Positions 1 through 17,330 of a DNA stretch of 64,000 nt are shown here, in pieces. Numbering within the stretch: position 1 is the first letter of the stretch; every line of letters starts with the position of its first letter. The position numbers and the translations under genes are program-made. The notes beneath the pieces were generated by a model. That model saw nothing but the letters and a program-made list of their open reading frames with translations. It was not told where the DNA came from and made no database searches. Source of the DNA: the human T2T-CHM13v2.0 reference genome, Homo sapiens. Location of the stretch: the NCBI RefSeq assembly GCF_009914755.1, contig NC_060926.1; one strand, written 5' to 3'.

Positions 1-131
<131 letters not shown>

Positions 132-1679
132 TGATATCGAGCAGCTTTTTTCATGTTTGTTGGGAAACTGTCATTCTCCTGTGAATTTGGAATGCACTTC
201 CTTATTGTGTTTTACCTTCCAATGTTACTGTCAAGAATATCATTCATTCTGATACTTGATATTTGTACGAAGCCTTTCACTCTCTGTCAGAAAATTTGTA
301 AGCTCTTTTCTCTGTTCCTAGTGTTATGAAATTTTGTGTCATAATGATAGACTTTGGATTGTGTCTACTTTGAGCACTTGGTAGGCCCGTTCCATGGGAA
401 AAACTCATTTAGCCTTAGGACAAAACTGTTTCTTTGCCTTTCTTCTTCTTCTTTTTTTTTTTTTTTCTATTCTCTCTTTCTGGAATTCCATTTAGATATC
501 TAACATCCTGAGCCAGTTCTCAATCTTTTTTCTCGCATTTCCTCCCTGCTTTCCAGTAAATTTCCTCAACTTGATTTCCCAATTCTTCTATTGAGTCTTT
601 CATTTCTATGATGATATTTTTAATTTCTAAGAGCTCTTAACTCTCTAAATATCTTTTATTTTTAGAGCATCCTGTTCTTGCTTCACTGATACCATATCTT
701 CTGTTAGCCCTCTGAAGATAGTTCTTGCACATTTTCCTTCTCCCTGAAGAGTCTCTCTGTGCTTCTAAGTAAGTTTCTCTATCTTGGTCTCTCATATTTT
801 ATGCTTTTGTCATTCGCTGTTACAATAGGCATCCAAAGGCAGATTGGAAGCTCTGAGTGTGAGGTTTGTCGACCACCATCTTCACTTTGCAAAGCTCTGG
901 CTGGGCCATTTCTTTAGGGCATCCCTGATGTAAACATCTCTGTGTCTCTTGTCTTGGGGGAAACCCAGTCCATCTGCCTAGAGGATTCATCTGCCTGGCT
1001 GCCAGCATTCTGAGAGCTCTGCTGGGGAAGTGGGCTTCAAGTCTCAGGTTTAATACATCAGCTTTCATTTACCTCTCCATTTTCAGAAAGATATCTTCAC
1101 CCTCAACTTGTTCTGGTGCCCTCTGTTTTATTCTCTCCAGGAAAACCAACAACTTCAGTCCAAATTTGAAAGTGGAAGAGAGCCAGTTAAAGGCTCTGTG
1201 GAGAGCTGGAAAAGATACTGAAGGTCTAACTTCTTAAACAGACTAGCAAATAATCCTCTCTGGTCTTTTCATCCACTTTCATGGCTTCTTGATAGGTCCA
1301 ATCCTGAGAGTTTGGAAGGCTCTGTAGAGTCAATCAATTGCTGCTTGATTTTCTCCACTGTCCATTGTTGAGTCAGCTTTCTAGGAACGTCTCTGCAGAT
1401 CCTAACTTTCCTTACTGCTTTCTCTTGCCCTCTTTGTCCTTGAGGATTATGCAAAAAGCAAACAAATAAACAACTAAAGACTCCTTTACCCTCATTTTTG
1501 TAGAATGTCAATAGGGAGTGGAGATTAAATGCATGTGTCCAATCTGACCTCTTTAACCAACAGTCTCCATTTACTTTCAGATGAACTTGAGAACCAATTT
1601 GTTTCTGTCACTGACCTACTCACTCCCACCTAAGGCAAAACTCTTGGTTTTATCCATCACTTCTATTTTTGTTTGCTCA

Positions 1680-2120
<441 letters not shown>

Positions 2121-2253
2121 TTACCCTGAATTTTCTTCAGTGTATGACTATGGCCAAATTCTGTAGTTATTGACATCTAATATTCTCATTGTCATTCAGT
2201 TGTAAAGAGATCATAATTTCAATTTTTATTTCCTTTCTGACAGGAGTGTTTTA

Positions 2254-2449
2254 ATTTTAATTTAATTTTATTATTATTATTTTATTTTATTTTTATTTTT
2301 TAGAGATAGGTTCTCACTCTGTCACCTAGGCTGGAGTGCAGTAGTGTGATCATAGCTCACTGCAGCCTCAAGTTCCTGGGCTAAAGTGACCCTCCCACTT
2401 TGGCCTCCCAGCGTGCTGGAATTACAGACATGAGCCACCACACTCAGCC
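2254..2449 (-). mobile_element. Alu monomer (FLAM/FAM-like)
   Basis: Single Alu arm with AT-rich tail; TSD aggagtgtttta at 2242-2253 and 2454-2465. Confidence 0.85.
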
Positions 2450-3692
2450 TGTTAGGAGTGTTTTAGAAGAGTAGTCTTAAGTTTCCAAATGGGATAATTT
2501 TGTCATCTTTTTATGTATTAATGTCTAACCTTGCTTCATTGCCCATCGAGAGAAAGTAGGTCTGTAAGAATTTTACTGAATTCTTTTTTACTTTTTTATA
2601 TTATGCCACTGTTATTTTTAAAATTCTTTTTTACAGCCTGTAAAACTTCATAATTCCCCTATGAAAATAATTTAGACTTAATCATAGTTTAAGTAGCATA
2701 GTGCAGGCAATGTTTTTTAAAACTTTTATATGCTTTTCTATTTGCCACATATTTGAATCTAAGGTGTTCACTCACCATCAAGAGATGTTTTAAAATGAGA
2801 ATTATTAAGATTCTTCCATAGAGAAGAAATGTAATGATGAACAAAGAGTGCTCAGTTTCTGACATTTAAGTGGCATTTTGCAGTAAGACAATAGGCGAAT
2901 AAGCTTGAAAGTCAGTGGAAAACAAAGAAATGCCTAAACTCCTTTGCTATCACTTAATATATCAAATGCTAGGCGTAGATCAGAAAGATGTGGAATTTTT
3001 CCCAGAGTTCATAGAAAATCATCTTGTCTGCCATGGGGGTTTAACCAGGAGGCTACAATCAGACAGGTGGAGGATAACTAACAGAAGAAATAAATGGGGG
3101 GTTCGTCCCTTCTGGTGCTGAGAAGGTAGTTGGAAGGGCAAGACAAAGAGGCAAAAGGAGACTGAGGCACAGGGGGAGGAAGTCACACGAGTGTCCCAAA
3201 GTCCTCTTCTTGGAGCCTTGGCTTGGTGAGGAAAACCTGTGTTAAAATGACTATGAGGCCTCTATTCCCAGCTGGGATGTGGAAGGAACCTGAAGGCCAG
3301 GATGGCCCAGTTCAAACAAGGGAAGCCCCAGGAAACATAAGAAGATAGGCGGTGTAGTTATGCAGCCAGGAGTGGGGACCTAAGTGTGAGGCCCCCACCC
3401 TTGTTCACATCTTCAGAGATGGGGACACTGAATTAACAAGCAGCAGGTAGGGCAAAGTCTGTGGTGGGGGCGCATGAGCTAAAGTGGGGATGGAGGATGT
3501 GGGTGAGGGGCTGCAACTTCACTGAGAATTGAGAGGAGGCCTATGAGGCAGTAGGGAGGGGCAAGTGAATCTCCTGGAGCCTAGAATGAATAAACCATGA
3601 GTTCACCCCTTCCAGAAGCCAGATGCAGGTAGGGGATACTGAGAGTTGGATGGGACCATCCACCTCTTGGCAGATTCCAGCCAGTGCAGACC

Positions 3693-4023
3693 TGTATTAG
3701 TCCATTTTCACGCTGCTGATAAAGACATACCCGAGACTGGGCAATTTACAAAAGGAAGAGGTTTAATGGACTCACAGTTCCACGTGGCCGGGGAGGGGCC
3801 TCACAATCATGGCAGAAGGCAAGGAGGAGCAAGTCATGTCTTACATGGATGGCAGCAGGCAAAGAGAGAGAAGAAGAAGCAAAAGCCAAAACTCGTGATA
3901 AAACCATCAGATCTCGTGCGACTTATTCACTACTATGAGAGCAGTATGGGGGAAACCGCCCCCCTAATTCAATTATCTCCCACTGGGTCCCCATATGGGT
4001 GGGGACACAGCCAAACCATATCA
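3693..4023 (-). mobile_element. THE1-family MaLR solo LTR
   Basis: TGTATTAGTCCATTTTCACGCTGCTGATAAAGACATACC...CCAAACCATATCA; 5-bp TSD agacc/acacc. Confidence 0.9.
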
Positions 4024-4833
4024 ACACCCAAGGACCAACTCAAGATCAGAAGCCTTTTTTCACCCGAAAACAACACAAGACTCAGCTCCACTCCATGTTC
4101 CAGATATCAAGCTAGAAAAGATCAGGGAAGGTGCAATGAAACCAAAATCTGCACAGTCATGCCCCCGTAAACCAAGTTAAGCTTAGAGAGTACATCAATT
4201 GTTGTTTTAAGCCAAATTGGCATAAAACTAAATTGGACTAAAATTTAAAATTTGTCCTACCATTCAGCAGATGGCAGTTGGAAGGGAATTCAGAATTGCT
4301 TTAAGCAGAGCTTCTCTCCTGGGAATCTGATTAAATGGAAGTTTTTGATACAGTAGGTCTAGGTCGGAGAGTGAGTTTTTTTGCTCATCATTGTTTGTTA
4401 CATGTTCACTGGCTCACAGTTTTGCAAATTTGAATTTGGATACAAATTTACTTTTGGCTGGAGAATTCCAAAAATACTCTGTTTAGAAACTTTTGTGGCT
4501 GGTTCATAAGCAGCTTTCTTTTGCCCTCAGAGATGCCCCATTGTTTGTCTGGTATAGAGCTCTCAGCAAATGTGTTTTCCTCAGAAATTGCCAACTTTGC
4601 TCCACACTGCATTTGGAATTTGGTATTGGAGACGAGAATTCCGATGTCAGTCCACTTCTTTTTCCCTTGTAGGCAAACGGTTTATTGTGTTTGTCAGTTT
4701 GGAAAACACATTTTATCCTGAGAAATCAAATGTATGTTTTTCAATTTGTTTCAACTTTTAAAATATTCGTGCTGAACATTTGTGAGGCATTTTGAGTTAG
4801 AGTTCATGCCATTCTTAAACTTGGGGAGTTTGG

Positions 4834-5408
<575 letters not shown>

Positions 5409-6659
5409 TTGTGTTTATTTATGGCTTATCATCCATTTGCTTGTTTCCTGACACTCCTGTTTCACAAATATGGGGCCTCTTTGGTCTATTCTTTATGTCT
5501 CACCTTTTCTTTTCTAAATTCTCTTTCTTGATTGTTTAGCTCTGCACTCTGGAAGAGTTCTTTACCCTTCAAAATATTTTCATTGTTGGGAATGTTCATC
5601 CCATTCAGTGCTTCCAATGTGTTAAGGAATTTTTTGACAATTATGTTTTTTTTAATTTCTAAGAAGTCTTTCTTATTTTTTATTTTTATTTTTTGGTTGG
5701 TGCTTTTTCCTGACCATAAAGATTTATTGTTGCAATATCCTTGAAGACATACATTTAAATATTGTTAAATTATCTTTTGCTTTCTGCATTAATTCTGTCT
5801 TACTGGGGCCATTTATCAACTCTTCAGTTTGGCATCCTGTCTTCCAGTGGCTGATGCTATTCAGGACCCATGCATGGTTGCTGCTGGCCCCATCCTCACC
5901 TGCAATCGTAGAGCCTAATTGTATCTTATTACTGGGGACATGGGCTGTCAGTCTCCACGGTGGTCTGACTGCAGGAGGCCCCAGCTTAGGTTTTACCTTG
6001 GGCCAGTGAGTATGTCGGGGCAATTTTATCTCCTGTAATTTAGAGGTGATCTGCCCTGAGATTTGGAAGCTCATGGGAGTTATTATTTTCTTACATTGGC
6101 CTGAGGAAACTGCTTGGTAAGTGAGCTTTCCCCTGCAAGATAACTGATGGCAAATATGTCAGTCTCATTTGTATCATCTCAGTTGACATCTGTGGCACCA
6201 GGGTTGAAGATGGTACCCATCTCTAGTTTTCAGTGGTGAGAGAGCATTTTCTTTCCACATCAGTGAGACACGTGGGTAAAGAACTTGGAGAACGATAGAG
6301 ATCAAGATGGCATGTTCTTAGTCTGCACTATGCTCACATTTCCCTGATAATAAGAATTGTGGAGTGAGAGCCGCTTAGGCATACTACATTCAATGTAACA
6401 ATCCATTTTATGCAAACAATCAGAATTTAGAAAGAGGACTACCTTTTTTCCCTTACTAGGTAATAGTCCTTTCCCATTCAGAAAGGATTGATACCAGTCA
6501 AATTGTTCTGCAGGTAAATGAGGTTAGAAAGAAAATTTTCTAGAATTTGGAGGTGTAATAAAATGTAACATGGCAGTGTTCACTATATAGAAAAAAAATA
6601 AATTTTTCAAGAAAGAACTTCTTAACAGTCATATTTCATGGAAACATGTAAGAGCCATA

Positions 6660-8420
6660 TCAAAAACTAAACATTCTAGTTAGAGGCCTGACACTACCTG
6701 ACTTCAATAATTATTATAGAGCTATAATAATTAAGACAGCATGGCATGGGCCAATAAATAGACCAATAGATCAATGGAACAAAATAGAGAACACAGAAAT
6801 ACATACTCAACTGATTTTTGACAAAGGAACAAGGGTAATTCAATGGAAAAAGAGAATTCCTGCAATAAATGGTACTGGACATCGACATGCAAAAAAAAAA
6901 AAAAAAAGAACCTAGACACAGACCTTGCACATTTCACAAAAATTAACTCAGATGAATTATACAATTGTCCCTCAGTAAACACTGGAGATTGGGTCCAGGA
7001 TCTCCCCACCCCCACCCCATGTATACCCAAATCCATGCATGCTCATCTGCCTTTGGCCCTGTGGAACCTGTGTATACAAAAAGTCACACCTCCATACACA
7101 TGGGTTTCACATCTCACAAATACTGCATTTTAGATTTTCCATCCACATTTGGTTGAAAAAAAATCTACGTATAAGTGGAGCCTCAAAATTCAAACCCATG
7201 TTGTGCAAGGGTCAACAGTATATTTAATATGAAATGCAAAACTCTAAAACTTTCAGAAAATTACTTGGAAGAAAATTTATGTGACCTGGGGTTTGACAAT
7301 GAGTTTTTAGATTCAACATCAAAAGCATGATCTATAAGAGAAACAAATGAAAGCTGGACTTTACTAAAATGTCAGACTTCCCTGTAAAACACACTGTTAA
7401 AAGAATGGAAGACAAGCCACAAATTGGGAGGAAATATTTGCAAAACATGTATCTTATAAAGGACTTACATACAAAATGTACAAAGAACTCTTAAAACTCT
7501 ACAGTAAGAAAACAACCCAATTTTAAAGTGGGCAAAATATCTGAACAGATAATTCATCAAGAAGATCTACTGATGGCAAAAAATATATGAAAAGATGCTC
7601 AACATCATATGTCATTAGGGAACTGAAAATTAAAAATAACGATGAGATATCATGACATGCCTATTATAATGGATAAAATCCCCAAACTGATGATAACAAA
7701 TGCCAGTAAGTATACGAAGCAACAAGAACTCTCATTCATTGCTGATGGGGAATGCAAAATTGTACAGCCAGTTTGGAAGACAGTTTGGCAGTTCCTTATA
7801 AAGCTAAAGATAGCTTATAAAGCTATCATCCAGGAATCCTGCTCCTTGGTATTTACCCAAGTGAGTTGAAAACTTACACCCACACAAAACCTGCACACTG
7901 ACATTTATAGCAGATTTATCCATAATTACAAAAAAATCTGGAAGCAACCAAGATGTCTTTTAATAAGTGAATGGGTAAAGAAACTATGGTACATCCATAC
8001 AATGGAACACTATTCCATGATAAAAAAGAAATGTGCTATCAAGCCATAAAAAGACATGGAGGAACTTTAAATGTGTATTGCTAAGTGAACAAAGCCAGTC
8101 TGAAAGGCTACATGCTGTATGATTCCAACTATATGATGTCTTGAAAAAGGCAAAACTATAGAGACTAAAAAAAATTAGTAGATGTTTGAGAGGAGGAGAA
8201 AAGGAATGAAAAGATGAGCATGGGGCATTTTTAGTGCAGCAAGACTACTCTGTATGATACTGTAATGGGGGATACATAATAATTATGCACTTGTCAAAAC
8301 CCATAGCAGGAGAGAGAAGGGGTATATGGGAACTTGGGAACTCTGTACTTTCTGCTAGATTTCCTGTAAATCTAAAATTGCTCTTAAAAAACAAAGTCTA
8401 TTAATTTTTTTAAAAAAAAC
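6660..8420 (+). mobile_element. Old L1 (L1MC-like) ORF2 3' end and 3'UTR
   Basis: Decayed L1 ORF2 C-terminal sequence and L1MC-type 3' end (...aaacaaagtctattaattttt). Confidence 0.8.
6962..7218 (+). mobile_element. MER8-like (Tigger-derived) DNA element nested in the L1
   Basis: Termini caattgtccct...agggtcaacag flanked by TA dinucleotides. Confidence 0.8.
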
Positions 8421-8631
8421 AGTATCTTCCTAACCACCCTTTATTTTTTAATTTTTCCCAATTGTAGGTATGTGAAAATGAAATATTGAAGGAGCAAGGA
8501 ACAATACAAAGTCTTTCTGGATTTATTGCCTCTTTCCTAAGTAGTGCTTGAACTTCCCATATTGCTATAAATTCATGTCATTTGTCTCACTTCTCCCATT
8601 CAATGGTACATTCTCTAAAGTGATTGGTTAA

Positions 8632-9062
8632 TGCTATGGTTTGAATATGGTTTGTCCCCACCAAAACTCATATTGAGGCTTCATCCCTAATGTGGCAGTG
8701 TTGGGAAGTGGTGCCTGTAAGTAGTCATTGGGTCATTAAGATGAATTAATGTCTTTCTCTTGAGACTGAGTTAATTCTAATGGGATAGATTAGTTCTTGT
8801 GGGAATAGATCAGTTCCTGAGAAAGTCTCGTTATAAAGCAAGGTTGCTCCTCATATTTTTCCCCTTTTGCACTTGCCTGGTTCCCCTTCCATTTCTCTGC
8901 CATGTTTTTACACAGCATGAGGCCCTCACCAGAAGTCACGAGAGGCAGCTGCCCAATCTTGAACTTCCCAGCCTGCAGAACCATGAGCTAAATAAACCTA
9001 TTTTCTTTATAAATTACCCAGTGTTGGGTATTCTTTTATAGTAACACAAAACAGATTATGAC
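8632..9062 (+). mobile_element. MST-family MaLR LTR
   Basis: tgctatggtttgaatatgg start; aataaacct...ttatagtaacacaaaacag end. Confidence 0.8.
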
Positions 9063-9586
9063 GGTTGGGTGCTTTGCATGTTGTGGATTATTGATAGCTA
9101 CCAGCTAAATCAACCGGCCAATTCTACATCAATTCTTCAAGTTACTTTTAATATTCCAAACCCAAGGATGATAAATTATCAAATATATTGCCATCAGCAT
9201 GAAAAGAATTAAGATATAAAATTATACTGTTGGACTTAATTTTACATGAGTTTTTACTGGCAAAAACACCTTTACATGGCCTTCCTCAAATGAATTGTAC
9301 AATCATGTAAAAGGGTGGCCTTTAAAAAATTCAGAAATAATATTTCATGTTGTAGAGTAACAGAAGAAAAGAAATGTCAATACGAGAAAAACAAAATAGA
9401 ATTTACATGCTGATCTCACATTGATATGTCTTGATCTTACTTTAATAAACTCTGATCACATTACTGTGTGGAAGTTATTAAACTTTTCAGGCTTCTATCT
9501 ATAAAGAAAATAAACCTTGACATATGGTTCGTTAAACTAATTATAAATCTGACATTGCAGAAAAGATAAAATAATTTGTTTACTTG

Positions 9587-10375
<789 letters not shown>

Positions 10376-10567
10376 TACTCATGCAAAAATAACCCATTTC
10401 ATAGTAGCTTTCATTCTGACACGGATTCAAAATTAAGGAAATAATAAACAATAACAAAAAAAAGTTTTGGGGGGTGGGGGTGTATGAAAATACATCCAAT
10501 CACTCCAGGGACTCTGGGAAATTGAAAGCCTGCTTGGGAAGGACTAGTAGATATATACGTGTCTTGG

Positions 10568-10915
10568 TGTATTAGTCCATTCTTGCATTGCTATAAAGAA
10601 CTACCTGAAACTGGGAAATATATAAAGAAAAACTGTTTAATTGGTTCACAGTTCCACAGCCTGTATAGGAAGCATGGCTGGGGAGGCCTCAGGAAACTTA
10701 CAATCATGGCAGAAGGTGAAGGGGAAGCAGGCACATCTTACGTGGCAGGAGCAGGAGAAAGAGAGAGAAGGGGGAGTTGCTACATGCTTTTAAACAACTA
10801 AATCTCATGAGAAATCACTCACTACCATGAGAACAGCAAGAGGGGAATCTGCCCCCATGATCCAATCGTAATTTGCCAGTAGATTTGGGTGGGGACACAA
10901 ATCTAAACTATATCA
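10568..10915 (-). mobile_element. MSTA-like MaLR LTR, internally deleted
   Basis: tgtattagtccattcttgcattgctataaag...actatatca; TSD cttgg/tttgg. Confidence 0.85.
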
Positions 10916-11175
10916 TTTGGGTTCTACATCAGGAAACAACTCATACCTAACCACAGGAAGTTGACTTACCATGGTTGGACTTCCATTAAATTCAAGAAAA
11001 ATACAAATGTTTGTCACTATTGGTAGATCAGAATTTTCAAAAGAAAATGCTACATAGTGGATGAATTCAATGCAATTAAGGAGTCAAGTGTCCTCGACTG
11101 GCAACCAGAAGACTACATCTGGCAGTTGTACCATTTAGACTGTGGTCAAGTCCCAAGCTCTTTTCTCTATGGTGA

Positions 11176-11545
<370 letters not shown>

Positions 11546-13255
11546 TAGATTTTCTCTGCACTTCAGAATCTAAACCCAAATTGTCTTGCCACATCTAAAC
11601 AAACTCTCACAACACCAAGCCCTTCCTTGCTCCCTTCCTTCTGTTTCATCCTCATTGACTCCTGCGTAGCCATTTTGCCACGTTAGTGATTTTGCTTCCC
11701 AGTCTCTAGCACGAGAGAAGCAAGGAGGCTTTGAGAGTCTAGCACAGTGAAAAGGGGGGCAACTCACAGCCATTGCATAAATCATATAAATCTTTGGTTG
11801 TGCTAGATAAACAACACTTTTGTATATATGTAGACTTCTTTATATATTTTATATATTTCTAGTATTTTTACCAAGGAAGGGAGGTATTCACAGCATGTCA
11901 CCTGATAATGATGCACTTAGCAATGGGAAATTAACTTAAAAACATTCTATTTCTTAGTAAACACATTTCCTAAAAAGTTCCATCTATATGGCCTTGTTCA
12001 TGTATATACTTTTCTTGTCTAATATAGAATTTTACTTAATAATACGCTGTTTCTTAACAAAGGTAAAAGGTAGTGAAATAAAATCAGGGTTTAGACTCAT
12101 TTTATTACTATGTGGTTTGCCATTTGGTGAACTGTGTATCTAGTCCTTTATAACAGATATTATCAATATAAAAAAAAGAAAAAATTACCAATCTGCCCTT
12201 TGGCTGTCTACTTTTAAGATTTGATGTCACTCATCATGCATATACAAATGTGCACACTAATGTACACATATATGCATACATGCATACAAGTGCAAAAAAC
12301 ATGTACGCAAAAATAGATTTCAGTAGTGTGACTTTTCACAGCTGTTTTAGTTCTTTTTGGGTCATATTGATTGCAAAAAGTGAGGAAAATGGAATTTTTA
12401 AGGACTATAGGAAGTTCTTAGTAGATAATTTGTATATTTCAGGAAGTTACATTAGCAAAAGAGAGGGGAGAATACTATGATCTGGCTTTGTTTATAAATC
12501 AGTTTCTACACAATAAGCTCAGTTGATTACAGCATGATGTAATCAAGCTAATGAGACAGCTCGGGTTCATATGCAAGACCATTAACTCTACAAAAGTAGG
12601 GGTACCCTCCCCATTGTCTCATAAATGAATGCTGTTGTCATTAATGGGTCAGAATGAAGTTAGCATTTATTGAGAACTCACTAAGTGACAGATACCCTGC
12701 TAAGAGCTGTTACAGTGACAGCATGCCACCAGCTGCTCCTTTGGGAATTTAAGCTTCAATCTTCTAAGAGAGGTTGTAGAAGGGAAAGTCTCCCACAGTA
12801 GTGACAAAGCCATGCATCACTCAGTACTGCCACTGGATGTATTGTTAAGTCCTATGGAAAAGGAAATTTATATGGAGAAGTAAACATTAATAGGCTGTGT
12901 ATCCACATGCAGGCCGAAGGAGCAATTACTGTGGCCAGGGTCATGAGAACAGCAATAATTAGTGAGTCTCCAAAGGGAAGGTGCATCTTTAGGGGCCAAA
13001 GTACAGGCTGGAAAGGGGCCCTTCCTGCTTAACCAATCTCGAGAATTGGAGTTTGATTTTGCCAAAGAGTTCATAGGTTTTCTTACATATTTAAGACCTT
13101 AATCTGTGTACTAATTTGATGAAATTAGTTTTATGAGTCTCATTTTGTTTACAAGACATAAAAGTTTTACAAACATGTATTTCTCTTAATTTGTGGCTCA
13201 AGAGAATATGGATCATTCTATGAAAGCTCATTAGTGAGAAATAATCCAAAAGTTA

Positions 13256-13577
<322 letters not shown>

Positions 13578-14546
13578 TTAGGGAGTTGGGAGTACCATGG
13601 TTCTTAAGGGAGTCACCTCCTGTCAGATTAAATTGACAATCATCAAAGACTAAATCTCAGTAGAAACACTGCATCATCTAGGTTGCAATAAAAATAGCCA
13701 AGATTACGGTTTATACTTATGTTTATGATCTTACAAAGTTGGTGGTACAAACATCTCAATTTTTGTCACCCAGATCTCACTAAATTGCTTCACAACCAAT
13801 GGTTGCTATGGGGAAAAAAAAATCCAAATCTGTTCAGTAGGCACTCGCTTTTTTCTTAGACTTAGAATCACTCTTTTAGTGTTGCTATCTAAACTCTTAG
13901 AAATGGGATAGAGGTCACTGAGCTTTGAACACTTGGTTTCTAAATTCAACTTCTCCCAGTGGGAATACCTAATTAAAATGGTAAGATCACAGGTTGCCCT
14001 TTGCCTAGGAAGACACTATTACCAATTCTCCCTCTTCCTCCCCCTACCCATTAGGATCCACTGAGAGTTGGTTAGCTGTGATTAATACTGTCATCTGTGA
14101 CCATGAGTAAGTAGCTTGAAATTAACTGGTCCACTTTGTAATCAAACCTCATTTGATCAACATGTTGTCTTAACCAGATGAGGCATTGTAACTGCAGATA
14201 AATTATGTTACAGAAAACCCCACAACTTGCAAATCACATCAACATTCTCATCTGATCAGTGAAATTGGAAGTTTATGTTTTATTGTACCATGTACAATCA
14301 AAAGCAATGGTTCTCAAACTTAGCTGCCCACAAGAATCACCTCAGGCTTATTAAATAATAATCTCCACGAGGGACATTACTTTTTTGTTTCTTTGTAAAG
14401 CTTTTCTAGGAAAATCTGGTGTGAAGCTAGATTGAAAAACACCAAAGCACTTGCCACGCTTCTTTTGGAATTGCTTTTAAAAATCTATAGCACTCTTGTA
14501 TAGCCTTAATGATTACAAACTTTCATTTCTATGAAAATGGCTTACA

Positions 14547-14836
14547 TTTTTTTTTTTTTTTTTTTGAGTTTCACTCTTGTTGCCCAGGCTGGAGTGCAAT
14601 GGAGCGATCTCGGCTCACAACCCCCGCCTCCCGGGTTCAAGTGATTCTCCTGCCTCAGCCTCCTGAGTAGCTGAGATTACAGGCATGTGCCACTACGCCC
14701 GACTAATTTTGTATTTTTAGTACAGACGGAGTTTCTCCATGTTGGTCAGGCTGGTCTCAAACTCCCGACCTCAGGTGATCCGCCCACCTCGGCCTCCCAA
14801 AGTGCTGGGATTACAGGTGTGAGCTACCGGGCCTGG
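14547..14836 (-). mobile_element. AluSp/Sq-like
   Basis: Reverse Alu with T tail; TSD tggctt(a/g)catt. Confidence 0.93.
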
Positions 14837-15785
14837 TGGCTTGCATTAATTTTTAATTAGCTCAAGGGAAGACTGGAGAATATGGATGCCTTATTACAAA
14901 CTTGGATAATACTAATTTTGGTAAAAAAAAAAAAAAAAAAAAAAGGACTCTTAGGAGTATTGCATGAGTCTGTAGGCAAGCTTAAGAGGAGAATCTTTAA
15001 AATGCGATGAACACAGTATGCATACAGACTTTCTTGCCCTGAGGGGTACCCTCCTCAGCACCCTCTCCCCCATCAGATGTAGATGTTGAAATAGGTTTGT
15101 GACCGTCTATTTTATAGTCACACACATACACTGGTTGCCTATTGCTAGAGTTGCACTGGAACAAATGCAAATTCTGTCCTTTTCCTCACTTGATTTCACA
15201 CTCTTGAGGTAAGCTTCCTCAGTCTCTTTCAGTCTACAATTCCATTCCATTAGAAAAATTTTTTAATACAGAAGATAGTATTACATAGAAAGTAAAAAGG
15301 TTCATTCTGTAGGTATTAATATCTGACATCAGTTGTATAAACTTATGAGAAAGAAAATACTTTATACCATATACCAACATGCATAGCTGATATTGCCTAT
15401 TTTTTGTGAAGGATCTATAAAGTTTTACAAGATCAAGTTCTCCAAAAACATTTTCTAATAAAACAATGCAAACTTTCACCAAAATATGTGCCAAGAAAAT
15501 CTACCTTCAGATTCAAATTCAATTTTCAAGGTTCTGTGCAGTCTGCCAAAACAGCCAGTAATTGGGGACACACGCTTTTAAAAGCACAGGTTTTGGAATT
15601 AAGAGACTTGGGTCCAAATTCCTGCACCCCATTAACTATTAGTGGGATTTCGTAAAAATTTTTATGTCACTAAGCCTGAGTTTTTTCACAGGCTCTCCAT
15701 AGGACCAAATGATCTAATACCGGTCAAGTTCTTATCACAGAGATGCTATGCAAGAGGGCTTAGAAGTCAGCATTTAACACAACAT

Positions 15786-16169
<384 letters not shown>

Positions 16170-16370
16170 CTAAAGTCAAGTATCAAATAACTTCTACTTA
16201 TAAAAATATCCTTATACTGTCATAGCCCCAATAGTGCAGTACAAATTTTAATGTGAAGTTCAATTCTTTTAAAGATTTTCTTTCAAGACACTGAGTGATC
16301 ATTTAGCACATTCATCTGAAGATTTACTGAGTGCCTACATCCACTACATACCAGACATCGTGCTGAGGCA

Positions 16371-16464
16371 TTTATTCAAGAATCACAACTGCAGAAAGAA
16401 TTCTGAGACTGAGAATTTTAATTTTCCCACATTGCAATAAATCTTGTATGCAATAAAGTTTATT
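16371..16464 (-). terminator. Distal poly(A) signal cluster (AATAAA 16459-16464, ATTAAA 16417-16422, AATAAA 16371-16376)
   Basis: Hexamers seen directly where the repeat-poor UTR-like sequence gives way to intergenic repeats. Confidence 0.6.
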
Positions 16465-17149
16465 AGTTGAACTGTCCTGTTATTAAAATCTTGAAATTTG
16501 ACAATTTCATTGTTACTAAAAAATACACGTTTACTTTGAGCTGCTCATGTATAATTTTAAAGCTATTTTTGCATGGCTCACTCGAGGTCAACTTAGACCC
16601 TAAAACTGAGCATCAAATTACTTAAATGACACGCTTACAAATTTGCCATTTCTAAAATTAAATGCACGGGTTTCAAGACATCCTAGTTGTTTTTCTCCTG
16701 AGAGCTAGCGTAATGGCCAATCTCTGTATCATTACCTGTTAAATTTATCTGCCATTCTTAACGTCTCTTCTTCCTTCTGGCTAATTTGACATAGGAAAGG
16801 CACACAAAGGAAAACATTTTGTAAAACTGTAGATTTGAATTTAAGGTACATGCCTATCTGTGGTACCCACTTAAGTATGTAAAACTTTCTCTAAGATTGT
16901 AGGAGACAAAGCGCCTATTTTCTTTTCAATGGACACATTCCAGAATAGCAGCAATCACCTTCCCTGTTTTCCTTCCTACCAAAAGTTGGTATCAGCAAAT
17001 AATGTAAAGCTAACAAAAATGTGCAAAATTCCATATTGCAATGCTTCATGTATTAACTTTAGTTTGTCACATTACTATTCATGTGAATGAGGTACAAAAT
17101 AAATGAAAATTTTTTAATATGGAAAATCATGTCAATTTGTAACATGGAA

Positions 17150-17330
17150 TATGGATAGGATTAAACCTAGGTCCAACTCCTGGCTCTGCCATTTCCTGCT
17201 AGCAACCTTGGACAACACTGGTATAATGACAGTTATGTCACATAAAGCCAATATGACAACTAAATGAATGAATATACATAAAATATTCAGAATAGTATCT
17301 GGCATATGATAAGCACTTAAATGTTAACAT
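17150..17330 (+). mobile_element. MIR fragment inside the long CUL3 3'UTR
   Basis: MIR core-like cctggctctgccatttcctgct...accttggacaa and end tggcatatgataagcacttaaatgtt. Confidence 0.6.

Noticed and set aside
1369-1377. ARE/AP-1-like TGAGTCAGC as an NRF2 feedback element
   Set aside because: Single short motif in decayed repeat-like DNA far downstream of the gene; expected by chance.
3646-4170. 174-aa ORF, the longest in the window
   Set aside because: Mostly reads through the THE1 LTR; no recognisable domain.
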